The notes below the pieces were generated by a model. That model was given only the letters and a program-made list of their open reading frames with translations, was not told where the DNA came from and made no database searches. A DNA stretch of 64,000 nucleotides from Gammaproteobacteria bacterium (GTDB lineage Bacteria > Pseudomonadota > Gammaproteobacteria > Eutrophobiales > Eutrophobiaceae). Shown in pieces: positions 51,639 to 59,634 of the stretch; within the stretch, counting starts at the first letter, position 1, and every line of letters begins with the position of its first letter. The stretch is from contig OZ220696.1 in NCBI GenBank assembly GCA_965116495.1, forward strand, positions 2,784,001-2,848,000, read 5' to 3'. Position numbers and translations under genes: made by a program.

Positions 51639-53105
51639 TTACAGCGAGCCTTCGACTATCCAGCCCTGGTACCAGAGATCGCTGCCATCCGGGTTTACCG
51701 CGCCCAGGTAGTCCGTTGCGTCCAGGTAATCCGGGTCGGCGGTGCTCTCCGAGTTCATGGCGTTGTAATCGGCCCAGTCAATCGGCGCATCCAGTAGCGC
51801 CTCAGCGGCCTGGGAGGCATAGTTCTCGTCCAGTTCGGCCTCGACCATGTGTATGTTCGATTCCATGCCTTTCACCGTGCCGTCCTTGTAGAAATTACCG
51901 GTCCCTTCCGCCGCACAGTCGGCAATGATATTGTTGAAGACCAGTGCATTGGCATTGTCGGTAGCCCTTGACACATCCACACAGTCCTCCAACAAGGTAA
52001 AACCGGGCGCCGTGGTGATGACGGAGTTATGCAGAAAACCGCCGGAAGCCGCCTTGAATACCAGCGCCTCCGTTTCATCGTCACTGTCGGTGACAAAGGT
52101 GGCATTGGCGATGGTCGGCTTGGATAACGGCATGGCTGAACCTTCGGTATCAGCCTCAATGGCGTTGCCGCCACCCGAAGGCGACTGCTTGACCAGCACG
52201 TACTGCATGTTGCCCATGTAGCCCTCATCCCAATCCACGGAATCATCCAGATTACCGGTCAGCACGATGTATTTTACATTCGCCGCGCCGCCGTAGAACT
52301 CGATGCCGTCATCCGAATTGTCATTGACCTGGAGGTATTCCATGGTCGTGCCGGAACCTACGCCGACCAGGGAGATGCCGTTGATTTCGTCGCCCGGGGC
52401 AAACTCGTAACCGCCTTCGGTCACGATTACATAGCGCAACGTGCCGCTGTTGTCATCGGCGGTGTAGCCGGCGGCGAATCCTGACTCGCCCTCGGCGTCG
52501 ATATTGCATGCCTCGGCCGGACACTGGTTGTGTTCACCGTAACCGTGGATGATCAGGCCGCCCCATTCGCCGCTGCCGCTGTAATCGTCGTCATCGGAAC
52601 TGAACACGATGGGCGCGCTGGCCGTGCCTTCGGCCTGTATCCTGGAACCCCGGGTAATCACCAGGTTGGCGAATGTGCCGCCACTGGCCTTGATCTCCGT
52701 GCCCGCTTCGATTGTCAGTGTGGCGCTGACCACGTCGCTGCCGTCCGCCAGCACACCCTTGGTCGCGGACATTTCCCTGTTGCCGTTGCCGACGGTCACC
52801 CGGTCTTCCATCAACCACACGATGTCGCTGGTCAACAGGCGACTCTCCGATATCGTGGCCGGCAAGGCGCAGACGTCGTTGCCGTCGTCATCCCTGCGTT
52901 TCGCCCCCGCCCAGTCCGGACAGTTCTCCGACACAGTTGAGTCGGAACCGCCGCCGGAGTCGGGAGTGTCAGTCGTTGTATTGTTGGTTGTCGTCGTGGT
53001 CGGCGCATCGATATTGATTGTCGCATCGTCACCCTCGGAACAACCGTAAATGCCGCCCAGCGCGATTGCCGCCACCATAACCCGTATAAAATACCTAAGT
53101 CTCAT
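51639..53105 (-). CDS. acidic outer-membrane lipoprotein, probable beta-helix fold (ElpS-like context)
   Basis: Lipobox IYGC, Thr-rich linker, and GEWGGL, DDNSGTLRYV, NSDDGIEFYGG and DDSVDWDEG motifs. Confidence 0.8.
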   Translation of the reverse strand: MRLRYFIRVMVAAIALGGIYGCSEGDDATINIDAPTTTTTNNTTTDTPDSGGGSDSTVSENCPDWAGAKRRDDDGNDVCALPATISESRLLTSDIVWLMEDRVTVGNGNREMSATKGVLADGSDVVSATLTIEAGTEIKASGGTFANLVITRGSRIQAEGTASAPIVFSSDDDDYSGSGEWGGLIIHGYGEHNQCPAEACNIDAEGESGFAAGYTADDNSGTLRYVIVTEGGYEFAPGDEINGISLVGVGSGTTMEYLQVNDNSDDGIEFYGGAANVKYIVLTGNLDDSVDWDEGYMGNMQYVLVKQSPSGGGNAIEADTEGSAMPLSKPTIANATFVTDSDDETEALVFKAASGGFLHNSVITTAPGFTLLEDCVDVSRATDNANALVFNNIIADCAAEGTGNFYKDGTVKGMESNIHMVEAELDENYASQAAEALLDAPIDWADYNAMNSESTADPDYLDATDYLGAVNPDGSDLWYQGWIVEGSL

Positions 53106-53168
53106 GTTAATCTCCTGAATGTAGATTGATGTTTACCTCGAATTTCCTACCAGGTGCTCCACCCTCAG

Positions 53169-56100
53169 TCAGAAATTCCAGTCTATGCCCAGCTTGAATT
53201 CCACGCCTTCCTTGTAGCTTTGGAATATTTCTCCGCCCTGAGTGAACTCAACCTCCTCGTTCGACAGGTTTTCCGCGCTTGCCTTCAACAGAAAATCATC
53301 GGTGAACCGGTATTTGTAATTGACCTTGAGGTCGAACCTCGGCTCCTCGATAACGTTGGGCCGCCCGGCAATACCCACGTCCTTGATGGATTTGCCGCTC
53401 TGGTTGAGCAACACCGTCAGTTCCTGGTCCCGCACCAGGTCGTCATAACCCACTACCAGGTTGAAGGTATAATCCGGTTGACCCTGTAGTTTCCGACTGG
53501 TGCCGTCTGCCAGGTTAGCCTCCGATTCGATGACACTGGCGTTGACGAAGACAAAAATTGACTGCGACAGGTCGTCGCTCAACGCAAAGTCCTTGCGTCC
53601 TTCCACTTCGACCCCGTAAAGTTCAGCCGATTCAGCATTTCTGAAGGTGCGTGAATTTCCCGCGGTGCCGGATGCCGGCTGCACCACCCGCTCGATGGGG
53701 CTTTCCAGGTCCTTGTAGAACAACGCGACGCTGACGCTTTGCCGGTCGGCGAAATACCATTCCCAGCGCGCGTCGTAATTGGTCACTTCGGAAATCTCCA
53801 GGTTCGGGTTGCCCCTCACCCGGAAGTCGAATTCGGTATCGTAGAATGTCGCGTTGGAAGTCTCCTTGAAGTCCGGGCGTGACACGGACTTGTATATCGC
53901 GAACCGGAACTGGTGGTCTTCCCGGAAGAGCCAGTTGAAACCCAGGCTGGGCAGCATGGCCGTCTCGTCAATTTTCGAGCTTACCGCCTCCTGCACGCCG
54001 GCCAGGCTGAACGTCTCGGTAGTCTGCTGGTAATCCTCGAAGCGGATCCCTGCAATCAGTTGATAGTCCGTGTTGAACAGGTAATCAGCGGAGACATACA
54101 CGCTCTTCAAATCCAGTTCCGCTTCGTATTCGTCGCTGGCCAGGGTCTTGTCGGCAAAACTGAAGCCGGTGTTGTTGTTGCCCGTTATGGTGTCTTCCCC
54201 GATCACCTCGCTGACCAGCGCATTGGGCGCCCTTACCCTGTCGACCAGGGCCTGTTCGATGTTGAAGCCGTAGCTGCTGGAATCGGAATCTCGTTCGCGG
54301 TAGATCACCGAGAAACCGGCCTCCATGTTGAATTCCGTTTCGGCATTGGAAACAAACTCATAGGAGATGGCGCCCGACACGTCCACGTTGTCATCAGTCA
54401 GGTCGTCGTAACGCCGCAACAACTGGTTCGCTTCCAGCAGGAAGCCGTTGAGCGCGAACGGTTGCCGGTCGTTGGGCTCTTCGATATCGTAACCCTCCAG
54501 CAGGTCCAGCGGATCAGTCAGCGCCGAGTCCGCATCGAACCGCACTTCGCGCCGGTCCGGGGCTACGCGTTTTGCCTGGCTCAGTGTTCCCTGCCAGTCA
54601 AACTGGAGCGTGCCCGCCTCGTTCAGGAAATGCGACCCCCTGAGCTGCTGGGACAGGAACTGGCGCTCGACCCAGTCGATGGTGTGGCGCATGGTGGAGT
54701 TGAACTCATCCCCCTCCTGGCCGATGGTGCGCTTCACCTTGCTCTGGGTGGCGCGGGAAAGAATGGTATTGGCTTCAAAGGTATGGTCGCCGATGGTCAG
54801 GCCGACGGAAAACAGGCCGCTGATGTCTATGTCGTTGGCATACTCCTTGAAAGCGAGGATGTCCAACTGGTCGCCCACCTCATCGGAGGCCTGTCCCGGT
54901 GAATAGGTGTTGGTGATACCGTCATCCTTCTGCGACCAGCCGTTCTTGTAGTTCACCGCGGCGAATATGCCCAGGTCCACAGGACCGATGGCGAACAGGT
55001 CGCCGTAGTTGGCGCCGATGGAGACGTCCGGGTAGGCAACGGCCTTGTCCAGGTCCAGGTCCTCACTGATAAGGATTGCGCCAAGCCGCCGCAATTCCCG
55101 TTCAACCGTGTCGTTAATCTCGAATGTCGCGCCGCTGTCGGTATCGGTAACCGTTCCCAGGCTCAGGGCTTCCGCAATGGCGGTAACGGCTATGGGTTCT
55201 TCGCGCTCCCCGGCATCCCAGCCGACCCAGTCGAAACCGCCGTCGGTGGGATCATTGAACACATTGCGGCCGGTAACGCCCACGGTAGCGTCGCTGGAAA
55301 TCGATATCTTGCCGGCCCGCTCATCCGGGAACGTCCGGGTATTGATCACCAGGTTGCCGCCGGTGCTCTCTCCCGGCATGGGCGCTATGAAGGTCTTCTT
55401 GATATCCAGTTGGCTGACGATATTGCTGGGAAACAGGTCCAGGGGCACGGTGCGCTTGGAAGGGTCCGTACTCGGCAGGGTAGCGCCGTTGAGAGTGGTG
55501 GTGACATACCTCCCCCCCAGTCCGCGGATAAACACGAACTTGCCATCCTGCACGGTCACGCTGGGCAGACGTATGACAGCTTCAGCGACATCGGTATCGC
55601 CGAAACGGGCCAGGTCTTCAATTCCCAGCGTATCCACCACGTTGGTCGTATCCCGCTCCACCAGTTCCATACCCTCAGGCCGGTAGGCGCCCAGTACAAC
55701 GACCTCCTCCACCACGCCGGCGGCATCCTGGGTGAGCCCGAAATCCGCGGACCTGGCCACGTTGGCAACCAGGCGCATGGCGCTGATCGAGCGGCTGCGG
55801 TATTCGGGGTGTGTTATCTCCAGGTTGTAGATGCCGCGCGGCAGTTCCAGGCGGTAGCGGCCTCCTTCATCCGACCACACCTGCACGTCCTCGCCCTCCA
55901 CGGTGATTTCAGCGCCGGCCACAGGGGTTCCTAAGGACGTGACTTTGCCTTCCAGCACTGCCCTGGGCGCCTTGGCGCGATGCCCCGCGGTTTCCGTTTC
56001 ATACCAGGATTCGATCTTGACGTCCGGGTCGCCCGGGCCCAGTGTTACGCTGACATCCGTATACTGCCCCAGTGCGTAATTGATGCGGAAACTGTGAAGC

Positions 56101-56342
56101 GGGCTGCCGTTTTCCAGGATCTGCAGGCTGTGGGTCCCGGGGACCATATCGAAATAAGCCGCCCCGTCGATACCGGTCGTTTCCCCGGTTTCCCCATCCA
56201 GCACCACTGTGAGTCCACTTCCCGCGGCGCCATCCTTGAACACATAGATCACCAGTTCATCAAATGCATACGCAGAAGTCGCGCTGCACAGGAAAAATAT
56301 AATGCCTGTCAGCCAGGTTGCCAGATTTTTGGTTCTTTTCAT
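53169..56342 (-). CDS. TonB-dependent receptor with N-terminal beta-sandwich extension
   Basis: Signal peptide, carboxypeptidase-regulatory-like domain, plug FIRGLGGRY..VPLDLFP, GNPNLE and a terminal WNF. Start at ATG 56342. Confidence 0.92.
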   Translation of the reverse strand: MKRTKNLATWLTGIIFFLCSATSAYAFDELVIYVFKDGAAGSGLTVVLDGETGETTGIDGAAYFDMVPGTHSLQILENGSPLHSFRINYALGQYTDVSVTLGPGDPDVKIESWYETETAGHRAKAPRAVLEGKVTSLGTPVAGAEITVEGEDVQVWSDEGGRYRLELPRGIYNLEITHPEYRSRSISAMRLVANVARSADFGLTQDAAGVVEEVVVLGAYRPEGMELVERDTTNVVDTLGIEDLARFGDTDVAEAVIRLPSVTVQDGKFVFIRGLGGRYVTTTLNGATLPSTDPSKRTVPLDLFPSNIVSQLDIKKTFIAPMPGESTGGNLVINTRTFPDERAGKISISSDATVGVTGRNVFNDPTDGGFDWVGWDAGEREEPIAVTAIAEALSLGTVTDTDSGATFEINDTVERELRRLGAILISEDLDLDKAVAYPDVSIGANYGDLFAIGPVDLGIFAAVNYKNGWSQKDDGITNTYSPGQASDEVGDQLDILAFKEYANDIDISGLFSVGLTIGDHTFEANTILSRATQSKVKRTIGQEGDEFNSTMRHTIDWVERQFLSQQLRGSHFLNEAGTLQFDWQGTLSQAKRVAPDRREVRFDADSALTDPLDLLEGYDIEEPNDRQPFALNGFLLEANQLLRRYDDLTDDNVDVSGAISYEFVSNAETEFNMEAGFSVIYRERDSDSSSYGFNIEQALVDRVRAPNALVSEVIGEDTITGNNNTGFSFADKTLASDEYEAELDLKSVYVSADYLFNTDYQLIAGIRFEDYQQTTETFSLAGVQEAVSSKIDETAMLPSLGFNWLFREDHQFRFAIYKSVSRPDFKETSNATFYDTEFDFRVRGNPNLEISEVTNYDARWEWYFADRQSVSVALFYKDLESPIERVVQPASGTAGNSRTFRNAESAELYGVEVEGRKDFALSDDLSQSIFVFVNASVIESEANLADGTSRKLQGQPDYTFNLVVGYDDLVRDQELTVLLNQSGKSIKDVGIAGRPNVIEEPRFDLKVNYKYRFTDDFLLKASAENLSNEEVEFTQGGEIFQSYKEGVEFKLGIDWNF

Positions 56343-56364
56343 TGCGGGGACTAGTCTGGAAGGT

Positions 56365-56430
56365 TTATGTGACAACCCGGCGAAGTTTCCATGACATTCC
56401 GGCGAAAGTTAAATGACATGGATGTGACGC
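56365..56430 (-). promoter_or_regulatory. six 11-bp-phased units (Pho-box array) upstream of the TonB-dependent receptor
   Basis: GCGTCACatcc ATGTCATttaa CTTTCGCcgga ATGTCATggaa ACTTCGCcggg TTGTCACataa. Confidence 0.7.
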
Positions 56431-56435
56431 GCACA

Positions 56436-56482
56436 GGGGCGGACTTCAGGCCTGCCCCCGGCATGTCCGGGGGTCAATCCCC
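56436..56482. repeat. degenerate family B palindrome with family C-like insert (56450-56473)
   Basis: GGGGCGGACTTCAG [GCCTGCCCCCGGCATGTCCGGGGG] TCAATCCCC. Confidence 0.55.
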
Positions 56483-56523
56483 GGTCCCGCAGGCCGGCGG
56501 GAAGGAGCAGGACTTTGTCCGGG

Positions 56524-57312
56524 TCAGTCCAGAGCGAGTTGCCATTCCATGGCTACGCGATCCTGGCTGGCGCGCCCCAGGATCGGCAGAATTCGTCTCA
56601 ACGGTGCCGGTGCATCTGCGGAGAGTTGGCCCACGCCCCGGAACCTGAGGGTCTGCGCTGAGGGTTCCTGTATGAATTGTCCGGTCACGGAGAGCAAAGC
56701 CGGGCCGCCGAGCGTCCTGGCCTCGCCGGTGATCCCTGCCTGCTCAAGGGCCTGCAGCTCTACCTGGTAATTTCCCAGGGGTCTGTCCGTTGGTAACCAT
56801 ACGGCGCGGATATCCTCGAAATCCACTGTGAGCCGGCCGGCATCCGGCAGGGAGCCGTATTCTGCCGAAACAGCCTTGGCCCGTATCGCCAACCCGCCAT
56901 CAAGCCCCGCTATCTCCAGTTCGGGGAAGGTCGGCAACAACGCCGTCAACGGCAGTTCCCCGTCAATTTCCTCCAGACGCCAGTCATGCAGGCCGAAACC
57001 GGCTGAGCCGGAGAGCGCTTTGGCCCCGTCATCGATCCGGAAATCCAGTCCCAGCCTTCCTCCGAACAACGACAGGAATGCAGGGTCGAGTGTAACCTTG
57101 CTGATATAGGCCCGGCGCCCCCCCGGCAGCCTGAATGTCAAGCCGCGGATGGTCATACCGGAAATCGTGCCCTCGGCGCCGGTCCAGCCGACTTCAACCG
57201 GCAGCAGCCGGTTGGCACCTGCCAGTATCCAGGCAGCCGGGGCGCGCAGCAGCAAGGCGCCCAGAAAAACCACCAGGGCCGTTGCGCCAAGGTACATCCA
57301 GCGTCTGTCCAT
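56524..57312 (-). CDS. gspN: type II secretion protein N-like
   Basis: N-terminal transmembrane helix, LLRAPAAWI..GTI, PLGNYQV and LSVTG. It lies next to gspCDEF. Confidence 0.65.
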   Translation of the reverse strand: MDRRWMYLGATALVVFLGALLLRAPAAWILAGANRLLPVEVGWTGAEGTISGMTIRGLTFRLPGGRRAYISKVTLDPAFLSLFGGRLGLDFRIDDGAKALSGSAGFGLHDWRLEEIDGELPLTALLPTFPELEIAGLDGGLAIRAKAVSAEYGSLPDAGRLTVDFEDIRAVWLPTDRPLGNYQVELQALEQAGITGEARTLGGPALLSVTGQFIQEPSAQTLRFRGVGQLSADAPAPLRRILPILGRASQDRVAMEWQLALD

Positions 57313-57351
57313 GTGATTCCTGTTTTCCCCTGACCCCGGTTCGTCGCAGGG

Positions 57352-57519
57352 TTACCTGGGGAGCAGTCTCAATTTCGCCGTGACCCGCCCGTTCCGGTCA
57401 CCGGGCCCGTTCACGCGCGTGTCTGTGACGAATGTGTTGATAAGACATTCCGCGCGGGTGTCGCTGAACCCGTTATCCGCTAATGTCCTGGTAGCCTTGT
57501 GGGCGCCGGCAATAATCAT
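57352..57519 (-). pseudogene. chimeric remnant upstream of gspN (DUF1640-like start joined to a possible GspM C-terminus)
   Basis: HKATRTLADNGFSDTRAECLI, then GPGDRNGRVTAKLRLLPR*. The resemblance is by eye only. Confidence 0.3.
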
Positions 57520-57656
57520 GACGTCCCCCTTTAATGATAGACCGCGCAACACGGTACTGCATTACGCCGGCAAACTCAATTACCAGGAGAGGATGTGACG
57601 ATTGTAATTAATTTCGGAAAAATGCGGTGAAGTAACAAAACAGGGCTTGAAATTAT

Positions 57657-57694
57657 TACTATAGACTTGTAGACTGGTCTATAAGTCCATAGTA
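57657..57694 (+). promoter_or_regulatory. 18-bp imperfect inverted repeat overlapping the toxin-antitoxin promoter (likely operator)
   Basis: TACTATAGACTTGTAGAC-TG-GTCTATAAGTCCATAGTA, overlapping TTGAAA-17 bp-TAGACT. Confidence 0.65.
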
Positions 57695-57707
57695 GAGATA
57701 TTTCACG

Positions 57708-57944
57708 ATGAAACAAATTGGCTCTTATGACGCAAAAACCAATCTCCCCGAAATATTACGCCGTGTCGAAGCAGGAGAGATGTTTACCATAACTAACCGA
57801 GGCAAACCAATCGCAGACTTGGTGCCAAGCCGTGCGTCTGCCCTTCTGAAGGCACAAACTGCCATCAACAATATCATGCAGGCAAAGAAACACCCTGTGT
57901 CTGACAAGACCCTGGCCGACCTGAAAGAGAGCGGCCGGAAATGA
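57708..57944 (+). CDS. Phd/YefM-family antitoxin
   Basis: IGSYDAKTNLPEILRRVEAGE..TITNRGKPIADLVP. Confidence 0.9.
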   Translation: MKQIGSYDAKTNLPEILRRVEAGEMFTITNRGKPIADLVPSRASALLKAQTAINNIMQAKKHPVSDKTLADLKESGRK

Positions 57945-58366
57945 AGAATTTTGTACTGGATAATTCAGTAACTATGCGCTGGTTATTGGAAAGTGAGAAA
58001 CCGGCAGACCAGAACTACGCTGAGACAGTTCTGAACACTCTCACAAATAACAGGGCCATAGTCCCAAACCTATGGCATTTGGAGGCCGTTAACGTGTTAT
58101 TGAGCGCTGAAAGGCGAAAAGATATCGCAATCGCTGAAGTTGAGAAATTTATTTCACAACTGGAGAAGCTGCCCGTCCAGGTCGACCCGCTGACAGCAGA
58201 CCAGGCATTCAGCAGAACACTGGCGCTGGCGAATGCTTACAAACTCAGCAGTTATGATGCCGCTTACCTGGAACTGGCTGTCCGGGAGAGTTTACCACTT
58301 GCGTCTTTGGATAAGAATCTGGTTAAAGCTGCTAAAAAAGCAAATGTGGAAATCTACCTAAGATAA
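57941..58366 (+). CDS. vapC: PIN-domain (VapC) toxin
   Basis: FVLDNSV, VPNLWHLE, LSSYDAAYLELA and LASLD. It overlaps the antitoxin by 4 bp. Confidence 0.9.
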   Translation: MKNFVLDNSVTMRWLLESEKPADQNYAETVLNTLTNNRAIVPNLWHLEAVNVLLSAERRKDIAIAEVEKFISQLEKLPVQVDPLTADQAFSRTLALANAYKLSSYDAAYLELAVRESLPLASLDKNLVKAAKKANVEIYLR

Positions 58367-58598
58367 GGATTGACCGGCAGAATGGATTAAACAGGGCAGG
58401 CGTGCGGGGGCAGGTCCGGCAAGCCGGTGATTTGCGCATCCATCGCTACCCGCAAGTCCGCGTTGGCCTGGTACATGAACCCGAAGCAGCCGAGCATGAC
58501 CGTCAGGGCGAACGCGCCCATCGACAACGCCAGCCGCAACTCGCTCCGGCGCGCCTCGCGGGCCGCGGCGATTTGAACGGCGGCAACTTTTCAACCGA

Positions 58599-58632
58599 CG
58601 GTCACCTGTTTGTAATATTCATGGCTTACGCT
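58599..58632 (+). promoter_or_regulatory. putative Pho box plus -10 upstream of gspC
   Basis: CGGTCAC-CTGT-TTGTAAT at 58599-58616, with TACGCT exactly 10 bp downstream. Confidence 0.6.
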
Positions 58633-58731
58633 ACGGGGTTGTTTTTTGTCCGGTTTGAATAAAATGCAGCCGCCGGAGTACAGGATTGAGGGGGCTGGTT
58701 GGTACAGGATATGCATAATGCCTGAATTTTC

Positions 58732-59622
58732 ATGATGCCGTTTCCGCTGAAATCCTTGTTTTCAGCGTATTACGCCCTCCGCGGCGCGGAGGCCGCGCTG
58801 GTGGTTGCGCTGGCGCTGGCGCTGGCCGAGTTCGCCTGGTTGCTGTTTCCCGGCCCGGGCCAGGGAGATAGCCGGATGCCCGTCGCCGTGCTGCCCCCGG
58901 CTCAGGCCGGATTGGGCGCGCCGGAAAGCGGTGGCTTGGGAAGACGGCTTTCCCCCGCGCTCTTGTCCTTGTTCGGCGAAGCCGGAAATAACCCGGGCAA
59001 ACCGGCGTTTCGAGAGGAAGAAATCAGGGAAACCGGCCTGGACCTGACCCTGAAAGGCATCCTGGCAAGCCGCGCCGGCACGCGCAAGCTCGCGGTGATT
59101 TCCCGGGGGGGCGAAAAGGAAGACGTCTACCGGATCGGGAATCAAATCGCCGGCGCCCAAATCACGCATATCGAGGCGCGCCGGGTCATGCTGGAGCGCA
59201 ACGGCGTTGCGGAGGCGCTGACCCTGAAAACGGCCGAACCGCGCTATGGCAGCAGTTTCGCCGGGCCCAGGGCAACGGAAGGCATTACCATGATCAGCGC
59301 GCGCGCGGGGGTCGTCTCGCGCAACCTGTTTGATCGGCAGCTGCAGCGCCTGCCGGAAGTTCTGAACCAGGCCCGGGCGGCGCCGTACTGGGACTATAAC
59401 GGCCATGAGGCAGGTTTTCGCATCGTCGATATTGAACCTGACAGCGTATTCGACAAACTCGGCCTGCTCCGGGAAGATGTTATCGTCTCGTTGAACGGCG
59501 TTTCCGTGCGCAACAACAGGGAGGCCCTGGCTGCGTACCAGTCGTTCAAGTCCGCCGATGCGCTGCAGGTCGGGCTGTTACGCGATGGCCGGGAAGTGAC
59601 CATCGATTTTTCCATCCAATAA
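58732..59622 (+). CDS. gspC: type II secretion protein C
   Basis: Transmembrane helix, HR domain (ETGLDLTLKGIL..AVI..YRIG) and C-terminal PDZ. Confidence 0.88.
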   Translation: MMPFPLKSLFSAYYALRGAEAALVVALALALAEFAWLLFPGPGQGDSRMPVAVLPPAQAGLGAPESGGLGRRLSPALLSLFGEAGNNPGKPAFREEEIRETGLDLTLKGILASRAGTRKLAVISRGGEKEDVYRIGNQIAGAQITHIEARRVMLERNGVAEALTLKTAEPRYGSSFAGPRATEGITMISARAGVVSRNLFDRQLQRLPEVLNQARAAPYWDYNGHEAGFRIVDIEPDSVFDKLGLLREDVIVSLNGVSVRNNREALAAYQSFKSADALQVGLLRDGREVTIDFSIQ

Positions 59623-59634
59623 CCGGAATTCAAC

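Noticed and set aside
56365-56430. Possible mini-CRISPR
   Set aside because: The units are 11 or 22 bp with no unique spacers and no cas genes. A transcription-factor site array fits better.
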